Virus record (IMG/VR): IMGVR_UViG_3300026076_000113 | Span: 7,903-71,902 of that record | Source of the DNA: a virus | Direction: 5' to 3' (one strand) | DNA length: 64,000 bases | In this document: positions 28,541 through 36,830 of the stretch, piece after piece | Position numbering within the stretch: position 1 is the first letter of the stretch | Layout of the letters: the number at the start of each line of letters is the position of its first letter | Position numbers and translations under genes: made by a program | The notes under the pieces: model-generated | The model's database searches: none | The model's input: only the letters and a program-made list of their open reading frames with translations | What the model was told of the DNA's origin: nothing

Positions 28541-31500
28541 TTAGATGATCCATCCATAAGACCTTGGTGGTGCAACTTGTATACGTCTTGTCTCAGCATC
28601 ACCAACATGTAGAATAATTCCACCTTCAGATACAAATCTCTGATAAGGTGCAATAACCTTGGTTGTAATATCAATCTCAATTGGGCAGTGTCCGTCGTAA
28701 CTGAAGGTACGGAGGACTTCTGCACTTGCAAGTGAAGGTATGCGACCTGAACCAACAAATGCCTTGACGATAATAGGAACATTGTCCTCTTCGAAGACAT
28801 CGATCCTTCCTGAACCGTCTGCAACTGTTGTAATACTGGAAGTAGATTCTCCAGAGAATTGTGCGGAACCTTCTCCAACATATCCTTTCCTTGTGAAGGA
28901 TTCTGCACCTGATCCTCTGACCTCGACAGTGACATCTGTAACAATGTTTCTGGCAACTGCCTGTCTTGCAACACCCAAGAAGTCGAAGATTGCAACATTC
29001 TCGACTGCAATTGCTCTGGATTCGGATGCATTGTTCCATGTGAAGAATGATCCAGTTCCAACTGTGACTCTTGCTCTTGGAGTATCGGCAACACCAAATA
29101 CATGTACAACTCCATAGAGTTCTGGAGAGAATGTAACTGTCTCTGCTGCACCAGAGAAGTTGTATAGATTTCCAAACCCTGCGTATGCTTCTGTATGTTT
29201 CTCGTCTGCAATACCAGTAATACCGATATCGATTTGAGAAGTCCAGTGGAATGTACGACGTTCAACGCTGGTGACAAAGTTGAATAGATTTCCGAATCCA
29301 GATTCTGCGTATGTTGTTGCTTCCTCTGCACGACCCCTGAATGTAAAGAGTCCTGCTGCTTCTGGAGCGACTCCAACACTTTCCGAAGCACCAGAGAATG
29401 CAAAGAGTGTACCAAATAGAACTTCTCTTGTAGTAACTCTCTCTGTCTTTGTACCACCAAAGGAGAATAGAGCAGTAGTCTCGTCTGGATTGACAGTGAA
29501 ACTCTCTGAAGCACCACTGATGTTGAAGATCCTTCCTTCTCCAACAAAGTCTCTTGTACGAGTAACGTCTGTTGTAACATCGACGTAGATAGTACCAGAA
29601 CCAATATTGTTTGGTGTGAATCTCTCGAATGCTGCTCCAGTAATATCGAGTGGTACTGGTACTTCGTCTGGACTCCATACAACATTTTCTGTTGTCCTTG
29701 TACCACCAATAGAGAATAGTAACTGTCTCTCTTCTGGATTGAAGGTAACACTTTCGGATGCACCACTGATGTTGAAGATTCTTCCTTCTCCAACAAAGAT
29801 TTTTGTGCGAGAGAATGTAGAAGTAACATCGATAGTTGTACTTCCAGAACCCAACCAGTTTGGTATGTACTTGATACGTGCTGTACCACGTAGTTTGGAC
29901 TCGATGGTGAATCTTTCGCTGAAGGTTTGTTTGAATGAACCAAACCCTTTGAACACCATGTCTGCCTGGAATTCTGGCAAGACAAATGTGACACTCTCTG
30001 CTGCACCACTGATAGCAAATATACGACCTTCGCCAACCCATACATGGGATCTGGAAGATGTAGAAGCACCATAGATATCGACTTCGATTCTTGGTTGCTC
30101 TGCAAATGTGAGAATTGGTTCTGAAACTTCTCCACTGAAGAGAATTTCTGCTTGACCAATCTCTCTGAATGTTGCAGAAACACCTGCTTTCTCTGGACTG
30201 AATGCAATGTCTGCTTGGAACGCAGGTAACTTGAGGGTGATAGCCTCGTCTGCTGCACCAATAGAGAACAGTCCACCAACACCAAAGTGAATATCGACGT
30301 TGACGACATCTGCAATACCACTGACGTAGATGTCTCCGAGTGGTTGCTCTGCAAATGTAAGTAATGGATCTGCAATCTGTCCAAAGACTGTGAATACACC
30401 AGATCCAATATTGCCACCAAAGGTGAAGCTCTGAGATACAGCACCCTTGAGAACTGCGTCTGCTGTAAACTCTGGAAGTTTGAGAGTGATAGACTCTGCT
30501 GCTCCACCAACAGAGAAGACCTGACCCTCTCCTTGATAAGCACGAGTTCTGAGAAGACCAGCATCTCCAGTAACATCGACTGGAACGAATGGTTGCTCTG
30601 CGAATGTAAGTATCTCTGGACTTGATGTTCCACGTACTTCTGTGTGAACCAGACCAGCAATAGCGATTGCACGACTCTCGTCGAGACGACCTGTAAAGTC
30701 GAATAGTGCTCCAAGTTCGAGTGGGTTGAATGTAACCGCTTCGACTGCACCACTGAAGTTGAAGATCCGACCTTCGCCAGTCCAATGCTTCGTGATAAGT
30801 GGTACAACAGAAACGTTGAATATCTCTGTATGAGATTGACCAACCCAGTCTTCTGTATGTTTCTCCAGTGCAGTACCAGAGAGATCGATATCGACTGTAA
30901 ACTGTTCTGAAGCAGTAAACTTCTGACCTGCAAGTCCACCAAATGTGAGGTCTGCTTGGAATGCAGGAAGGTCGATTGTAATCGCTTCTGCACTCTGACC
31001 AATAGTGAATAGGTTTCCAGATCCATGGAAGTGGAGACTGAAACTCTCTGATGCAGTACCAGTAACGTCTGTAACGACGAATCTGTAGTTGTCTGATACA
31101 ACTGCCTCTTGACAAGTACCAAACAGTTCGAAGTGTAGAGAACCTTCTTCTGCTGTGATGAACTTGAGACCTGTGTAACCACCAGCAAACTTGAATAGTG
31201 GTGGTGTTGTTGGAGGAATAACAACAGTACATTCTGCTGCACCACTCCAAGTCCACAATGTAGGTTCGTTGGTAACCCACTGAGGTGGTACACGAACTTC
31301 TGAATCGGAACGAATCTTGATCGCATGATCCCATTCGGTAGCATCCGATATAAAGATCTTGGTCTGAGAATCGTGTGTGAGAGAAGTAAAGCTGACAAGT
31401 TTTCCAAATGGGTATTCGGAAACTTTTGTACGAATAGGACTGATGACAGATGTGAATCCGTAGTCCTCTCTTACCGTTGCACCAGGATCTGTGATGAATC

Positions 31501-33994
31501 CACAATCGTGGATTGTTGTTGCTCCACCTGAGAGCCAAGGATCGATATCGTATGTCTGACCAAGAGGTATTGTTGCAACAACACCATTGAGACCAATCCT
31601 GATAATAGAAGTTGGTGATGTACCAGAGATATTCTGACTTGGTGTGATCTCGGTAATAGTACCGACACCAGGTAGACTTGCATAATCTCTGTACTGATAT
31701 AGATTCTCGGAAGAATCGTTGTAAGAGTAAGTTCTGGACTTCTCTGTACTGATGATAGTAGGTAGTACACCAGTACCTTCGTAAGCAAAGGATCTAAGTA
31801 CAGGTTCTGCTGTTCCATCAGATGCCCATAGAGTACCAAAGGCATTCCAGTTAGGTGCAAATCTAACGTCTGCAACACCTCTAATTGGGAATAGAGCCTG
31901 TTTCTCGTCTGGGTTGAAGGATACAGATTCAACTGCACCACCAATCTTGTAGATCTGACCTTGACCAACGTAGTCAAATACACGAGAAGCTTCAGCATAT
32001 ACAATACTGAAGGCACGACCTTCACCGATGTATGGTCTGGTAACACTGTATGTTGCCTCACCAGTAACATCAATTGGAATATATCCATTCCACTGTGGGT
32101 TGATACGTACCCAAGTATCGGAACGAATCTTGATCGCTGCCTTGAATGTAATCTCTGCAACGAATCCAACAGTACGTGATGTATGTGTATTGCTGGTATA
32201 CTGGAAGCCACCAAAAGGATACTGCCATACTGTCTGAGAAATATATCCCCAATCAATATTTCCAGAGTAACCTTCAGCAATGATTCCATAATCAAAGCTG
32301 GTGGTTGGTGTGAAGTTAGAAGTGAGAGATACAGTGTATTCTGGATCTACAACAGCAACAACACCAACGTTGATTCTTACAACTGATCCTGTAGATGAAC
32401 CTGAGAGTATTGCATTTGTAGAGATTTCCTCGACAGTAGCAGTACCAGGTAATGGACCAAAGTCTGTATAACCAAATGGTACGATAGAAGTATCGTTGTA
32501 GTCCCAAGTGACTCTCTCAGCATATGCATCTCCAGTAAAGACTGGGATAACACCAAATGGTTGCTCACCATATGTTCTCTTAACGTCAGAGACTGCACCT
32601 GTGACAGGTATAGTACCTTCACCTCTCCAGTTAGGTACGAAGTTAACCTTAACGTTAGATTGAAGTGGAGCAAGTCTTCCAGTAGCAAGGTAATCTGTAG
32701 TGACTCTCTCTTCACCACCACCAATTTTGTATAGGTTACCAGTACCCTCATAAGAGAATACAAATGCCTCGTCTGCTCTGGAGAAGTTGAACAGTACACC
32801 TGATCCAATTTCACTAGCAGTAATTCTCTCTGCGAGAACACCACGAACCATACTCCTGACGAATCCATTCCATCTAGGTTTGGTTCTTCCTCTACCTTTA
32901 CCAAATACCTTAATGTCACCAGAACCAATCCAGTTAGGTACGTAGTTCTGTTTAGCAGTACCCTTAAGTTGACCGAGACCAAATGGATATAGAGTACCAG
33001 TGATACTAAGAAGACCCCAGTCAAGATTGGTTGTCTTACCAATAGATACTGGAGCGTGTTCAATCGCAGTGGTATATGTACCAGAATGCGGTGCAACTTG
33101 GAATCCACTAGGATCTACAGTTGCAGTTATTGTAGGATTAACTTGTACTACAGAACCAGTACTTACACCTGACAGTACTTGGTTTGTAGTGATAACTTGA
33201 TAGGACTGTATCGGAATCGTTCCGTAGTCCTCGTATTCGAATGGAACAACAGCAGAGTTATTATATGAGTATGCTCTTCTGTTATCTTCGCTATTAATAT
33301 TAGGTAGAGTACCTGAACCCTCAAATCCAAATGAGCGTTTAACGTGCTGGACTTCTCCAGAAACCTGGGCTGTACCTGATCCCACCCAGTTAGGTCTGAA
33401 GGAAACCCCTGCGCTGCTTTTGAATCTGAATAGTCCTTTGGACTCTATTGCAATACTTCTAGTAACTGTACCAGAACCGATCTTGTACAGTTCACCGTCA
33501 CCAGATTCTTTCTTGGCGAAAGCTTCCGTTGTGAGGGACTGGATCCCAAATAGTCCGAAGACTTCGATATCTGGAACCCAGTGTGTAACCGCACTACCTG
33601 ATACTCGTACCGTACCTTGAACGATCCAAGGAGCTGATAGACGATAGTAACTACCGACCATCTCAAAGACAGTACCTGTACCAACCCATGCATGTAGAAC
33701 TGTCCAAGTTGTAGCAGTCTTCGGTCTAACAAAACCGTAAGGTCGGACAGTATCTGTGTAAATTATTCTACCCCAATCATCAACCGTAACAGCTTCTACG
33801 TCGTTGATAGATCCACCGTCTACGATGGTTGTGGGTGTTAATGCTAATGAATTTAAACCGTAGTCGAGTTGTATAAACTCCTCAACACATGAAGGATTCC
33901 ATGAATATGAAAGTCTCTCGCCACTAAAAATACGCAACGCAAAACTAGACCCATAAGGTCCGTCTATACCAGTTGTATAGATGTGCGTTGCCAT
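28541..33994 (-). CDS. Large repetitive virion structural protein (1817 aa)
   Basis: GGAGG RBS; many G(E/S)G.(I/L)F...G..ES.(T/S)F repeats and TFAEQP repeats; position among structural genes. Confidence 0.8.
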   Translation of the reverse strand: MATHIYTTGIDGPYGSSFALRIFSGERLSYSWNPSCVEEFIQLDYGLNSLALTPTTIVDGGSINDVEAVTVDDWGRIIYTDTVRPYGFVRPKTATTWTVLHAWVGTGTVFEMVGSYYRLSAPWIVQGTVRVSGSAVTHWVPDIEVFGLFGIQSLTTEAFAKKESGDGELYKIGSGTVTRSIAIESKGLFRFKSSAGVSFRPNWVGSGTAQVSGEVQHVKRSFGFEGSGTLPNINSEDNRRAYSYNNSAVVPFEYEDYGTIPIQSYQVITTNQVLSGVSTGSVVQVNPTITATVDPSGFQVAPHSGTYTTAIEHAPVSIGKTTNLDWGLLSITGTLYPFGLGQLKGTAKQNYVPNWIGSGDIKVFGKGRGRTKPRWNGFVRSMVRGVLAERITASEIGSGVLFNFSRADEAFVFSYEGTGNLYKIGGGEERVTTDYLATGRLAPLQSNVKVNFVPNWRGEGTIPVTGAVSDVKRTYGEQPFGVIPVFTGDAYAERVTWDYNDTSIVPFGYTDFGPLPGTATVEEISTNAILSGSSTGSVVRINVGVVAVVDPEYTVSLTSNFTPTTSFDYGIIAEGYSGNIDWGYISQTVWQYPFGGFQYTSNTHTSRTVGFVAEITFKAAIKIRSDTWVRINPQWNGYIPIDVTGEATYSVTRPYIGEGRAFSIVYAEASRVFDYVGQGQIYKIGGAVESVSFNPDEKQALFPIRGVADVRFAPNWNAFGTLWASDGTAEPVLRSFAYEGTGVLPTIISTEKSRTYSYNDSSENLYQYRDYASLPGVGTITEITPSQNISGTSPTSIIRIGLNGVVATIPLGQTYDIDPWLSGGATTIHDCGFITDPGATVREDYGFTSVISPIRTKVSEYPFGKLVSFTSLTHDSQTKIFISDATEWDHAIKIRSDSEVRVPPQWVTNEPTLWTWSGAAECTVVIPPTTPPLFKFAGGYTGLKFITAEEGSLHFELFGTCQEAVVSDNYRFVVTDVTGTASESFSLHFHGSGNLFTIGQSAEAITIDLPAFQADLTFGGLAGQKFTASEQFTVDIDLSGTALEKHTEDWVGQSHTEIFNVSVVPLITKHWTGEGRIFNFSGAVEAVTFNPLELGALFDFTGRLDESRAIAIAGLVHTEVRGTSSPEILTFAEQPFVPVDVTGDAGLLRTRAYQGEGQVFSVGGAAESITLKLPEFTADAVLKGAVSQSFTFGGNIGSGVFTVFGQIADPLLTFAEQPLGDIYVSGIADVVNVDIHFGVGGLFSIGAADEAITLKLPAFQADIAFSPEKAGVSATFREIGQAEILFSGEVSEPILTFAEQPRIEVDIYGASTSSRSHVWVGEGRIFAISGAAESVTFVLPEFQADMVFKGFGSFKQTFSERFTIESKLRGTARIKYIPNWLGSGSTTIDVTSTFSRTKIFVGEGRIFNISGASESVTFNPEERQLLFSIGGTRTTENVVWSPDEVPVPLDITGAAFERFTPNNIGSGTIYVDVTTDVTRTRDFVGEGRIFNISGASESFTVNPDETTALFSFGGTKTERVTTREVLFGTLFAFSGASESVGVAPEAAGLFTFRGRAEEATTYAESGFGNLFNFVTSVERRTFHWTSQIDIGITGIADEKHTEAYAGFGNLYNFSGAAETVTFSPELYGVVHVFGVADTPRARVTVGTGSFFTWNNASESRAIAVENVAIFDFLGVARQAVARNIVTDVTVEVRGSGAESFTRKGYVGEGSAQFSGESTSSITTVADGSGRIDVFEEDNVPIIVKAFVGSGRIPSLASAEVLRTFSYDGHCPIEIDITTKVIAPYQRFVSEGGIILHVGDAETRRIQVAPPRSYGWII
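28680..31793 (-). other. Segment nearly free of stop triplets in all three sense frames
   Basis: The ORF track shows 1817-, 960- and 758-aa ORFs overlapping in three frames. A manual scan of the flanks finds TCA/TTA/CTA on the plus strand only at 29262 and 31471 between 28680 and 31793. Confidence 0.9.
29511..30780 (-). repeat. Imperfect direct repeats encoding GEGRIF..SGA, period about 81-83 codons
   Basis: gcaccactgatgttgaagat(c/t)cttccttctccaacaaag at 29511 and 29760 (249 nt apart); diverged copies near 30003 and 30747. Confidence 0.8.
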
Positions 33995-34011
33995 TTACCC
34001 TCCACTAAAAT

Positions 34012-34040
34012 AAAAAGGGGATCCAGTACTGAATCCCCTC
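34012..34040 (-). terminator. Rho-independent terminator
   Basis: Minus strand GAGGGGATTCA-GTAC-TGGATCCCC-TTTTTATTTT after the 34070 stop. Confidence 0.8.
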
Positions 34041-34069
34041 AAACATAATAATGAAATCAATTGAATCAA

Positions 34070-35458
34070 TCAGTCTAGGCTGACGTTCAGAGTTACTTTG
34101 ATCTGGTCACCAGCGTTTTGAATAGCGTAAGGACCATTTGTGAACCTTTCAGCGAAGAATATCGCATCATAGAGTGTCACAGAACCTGTACCATCAAGTG
34201 CTTTAGTAGTCGTGAAGGTGTTTGCATCAGGTGTCTCAAATACAATGTAAGTACCAGCAGTAGTTGTGGTATTACCTGTTCCCTGATCGATATAAACTGC
34301 GTCGCCTGGTTCTAGACCATGACCTGTAGCAGTTACTTTACTGAAGTCAAACTTAACAACGTCATTACCGTTAGAAGTTTGAATGTTCTCAATAAGAACG
34401 TTATTAAGGAATACAGTTACTGTTCCGTCTGTATCGTCAGTCTCGTAGTCGATACCAGTAATAACTGTGTTAGCATCAATACCGTTAGGTGTAGTTGTCT
34501 GAGAAACTCTCATTCCAAGAGCAAGATCCTCAGCAACGTTTGCTTGGAATACCAAGTCGCCACTAACAGCACCACCGTTTGCCTTACTTAGATAAACTGT
34601 AGTACCAACGATTCCAGTAACACGTGCTCCCTGAGCAACGTTAGTTCCTGTAACACGCTGATTAACAACAATTCCAGTTGTAGATGTAACAACAACTTCG
34701 AACTCACCAGCAGTACCAGTAGAAGCAGTAGTTGCAGCAACAGCAGCAAGAGTGATATAGTTGTTTCCGATAGTACCACGAACTCCAGACTTAGAAATCT
34801 GTGTTCCAGTAGCAGCAGTACCAGCATCAGCTACACCATGAATGGTTGTAGGCATGTTGTTAGCACGTGAGAGGAAATAACCGTATACGTTACCAGCAGG
34901 ACCGTCAAAGGTAAATGTTTGCTCTGGGTAAGAAGCAGTTGTACGACCTCTACCAAAACTCAATGGTTGTGCAGTGAAGTTACCAGTGTTCTTAACACTT
35001 AGGTTAAGTGTAGTACCATCAATGTCAACAACATATGCACCAGTGCCGACAGATCCACCAGTAACATAGTCACCTTTTTTAATACCTGTGTTAGAAGCAA
35101 CCGTAACTAGGTATGTTCCAGATGTACCATCACCATTAGTTGTTGTAACAGCAGTTGGTTCAGTCTCGATTCCCCAACGGTTACCGTTCAACAAGATACC
35201 ATATTGCTGTGCATAATCCTGATCAGTCCTATTATTGATGATGCCAGGATAACCTGTAGTAGGTGCTCCACCATAACCGTTAGTGTTATTTTCGGTGTAT
35301 GGTTCGAAATATCGTGTTTGAGAGGGAGTATCACTCTCAGCAGGATATGTATCTGTAGTGAACAACTTAAGAATAAGGTTCCTAGGGATATTCTGCGAAT
35401 AGTTTAGCAGATTCCTTAGAGAATCAATTTCGCCGTTGTCGGTGACTAAGAGTGCCAT
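34070..35458 (-). CDS. Virion structural protein (462 aa)
   Basis: MALLV.D.GE..L..L, ASYPEQTFTF...AGNVYGY and FAERFTNGPY.IQN.GDQIKVTLNVSL; tandem late promoters, GAGG RBS and a downstream terminator suggest high expression. Confidence 0.8.
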   Translation of the reverse strand: MALLVTDNGEIDSLRNLLNYSQNIPRNLILKLFTTDTYPAESDTPSQTRYFEPYTENNTNGYGGAPTTGYPGIINNRTDQDYAQQYGILLNGNRWGIETEPTAVTTTNGDGTSGTYLVTVASNTGIKKGDYVTGGSVGTGAYVVDIDGTTLNLSVKNTGNFTAQPLSFGRGRTTASYPEQTFTFDGPAGNVYGYFLSRANNMPTTIHGVADAGTAATGTQISKSGVRGTIGNNYITLAAVAATTASTGTAGEFEVVVTSTTGIVVNQRVTGTNVAQGARVTGIVGTTVYLSKANGGAVSGDLVFQANVAEDLALGMRVSQTTTPNGIDANTVITGIDYETDDTDGTVTVFLNNVLIENIQTSNGNDVVKFDFSKVTATGHGLEPGDAVYIDQGTGNTTTTAGTYIVFETPDANTFTTTKALDGTGSVTLYDAIFFAERFTNGPYAIQNAGDQIKVTLNVSLD

Positions 35459-35495
35459 TGTTTTCCTCTGTCCTAATTACGTTGCTATGTATGAT

Positions 35496-35520
35496 TATTT
35501 ATAACCACCAATTATTTATA
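35496..35520 (-). promoter_or_regulatory. Two tandem T4-type late promoters TATAAATA (35496-35503, 35513-35520)
   Basis: Two exact matches upstream of the 35458 start. Confidence 0.8.
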
Positions 35521-36235
35521 ATTTTATCCTCAATGCAACACTAGCCTTACTTATGTTCAGGACATGGTTTACATTGAATCTAAAAATGTCTCCAGCATTA
35601 ACTGTGGTGTTCCAAGTCGAAAGATTATCATCCTTCGATTTAATTTCTGTACTGGTATTTAGAATACCTAATTTAGGTGTTTCTGTTCCTGTGATTGAAG
35701 TGAAATTCGGATAATCATTATAAGAACACTTCAATATATCTATCTCAATATTACCTGCGACATCTGCCACTATAACAAATGATTCAATCGTACCAGTAAC
35801 ATCGACTGCCATATCACCTTTCGGGCCAATTGCCATTGGGAATGATCCAGCATCAATAACAAAGTTTAAAGTTCTGGTTAAATCTGCCGTAGTAACTAAG
35901 GCAACACCAGAAAATTTTTGACCAGCAGTAGGTGGAGTAGTAAAAACAATCTGATCATTAGAAACAATGTAGTCTGTATTTGGTTTAAGAACTACATCGT
36001 TAATAGAGATCAATAATTGTTGTTCATCTATTGGTGTGTATGGAGATCCATTAACAGAAAGACTGAATTGATCTTGTACACCATCAAATCCACCTGATAT
36101 ATCATCAAGTATTAGGTTTGTATACTGTGTAGACTTGGTTGGAATTTGATAATTGACATCCAAGTTGTACGCAGGGTTCTCTCTCAGAGCAACACTATGT
36201 TGCTGAGATCCAACTCTAACGGTATACTCTGCCAT
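35516..36235 (-). CDS. Virion structural protein (239 aa)
   Basis: LDDIS..FDG....F.L..NG....P.....LLISIN.V...P..DY......I.F..PP domain typical of cyanophage baseplate/fibre proteins. Confidence 0.75.
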   Translation of the reverse strand: MAEYTVRVGSQQHSVALRENPAYNLDVNYQIPTKSTQYTNLILDDISGGFDGVQDQFSLSVNGSPYTPIDEQQLLISINDVVLKPNTDYIVSNDQIVFTTPPTAGQKFSGVALVTTADLTRTLNFVIDAGSFPMAIGPKGDMAVDVTGTIESFVIVADVAGNIEIDILKCSYNDYPNFTSITGTETPKLGILNTSTEIKSKDDNLSTWNTTVNAGDIFRFNVNHVLNISKASVALRIKL

Positions 36236-36570
36236 CAGGATGATACTCCAGGATTAACTTCTACTAATCCTTCAATAACTCTTGTCTTATATCCAGTTGG
36301 AGCAGTCAAGAGAATGTCATAGACATACCTTCTACGGTCTAAAGCACCTGTTTCTGTACTATTCATTGATATACCAATCTCACCAGCAGTTCTGTTAACG
36401 AATACCAAAGGTACAGCTACACTAGAAGTACTGGTGTAGCTTGTTTTAAAAGCTGCCTCACCAGTATATCCTGTCATGTTAAGTGGAGTACCATCTTTAT
36501 TTGTAATAAAGAAAGTCACGTCATAGTTAGCATGACGGTCAACGACTATGTTTACAGGTATCGCTGCCAT
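36235..36570 (-). CDS. Small virion structural protein (111 aa)
   Basis: PLN.TGYT...RYVYDILL.....KTRVIEG.V.V.PGV pattern common in marine T4-like phages. Confidence 0.75.
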   Translation of the reverse strand: MAAIPVNIVVDRHANYDVTFFITNKDGTPLNMTGYTGEAAFKTSYTSTSSVAVPLVFVNRTAGEIGISMNSTETGALDRRRYVYDILLTAPTGYKTRVIEGLVEVNPGVSS

Positions 36571-36588
36571 TAGACTCTAGAATTTCTT

Positions 36589-36804
36589 TTATTTAGTCTT
36601 CTTTTCTGGCGGTATTGGTTTTCCACCATTAGCCGCAAGTTCATCTGGATCAGGAGATTCTAAAAGATCTAGTGTCTCCAATCCACCAATAACTTTAATT
36701 CTATATTCTTTTAATTCAGTCAGACTCTTTTCTGTACTTGCAATCTTAGTTTCAGTCTCAGCTAATTGTCTAGTGAATTCACTACGTATTTTTTCAGGTT
36801 TCAT
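36589..36804 (-). CDS. Small coiled-coil protein (71 aa)
   Basis: Heptad-like charged sequence; AATAAATA promoter variant at 36824-36831. Confidence 0.7.
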   Translation of the reverse strand: MKPEKIRSEFTRQLAETETKIASTEKSLTELKEYRIKVIGGLETLDLLESPDPDELAANGGKPIPPEKKTK

Positions 36805-36830
36805 AATAAAACTTCATTTGAACTATTTAT

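Noticed and set aside
28525-31538. Annotating the 960-aa and 758-aa overlapping ORFs as ordinary CDS
   Set aside because: They have no recognisable domains or evident RBS and their composition matches frame shadows. They are reported as an anomaly, not as genes.
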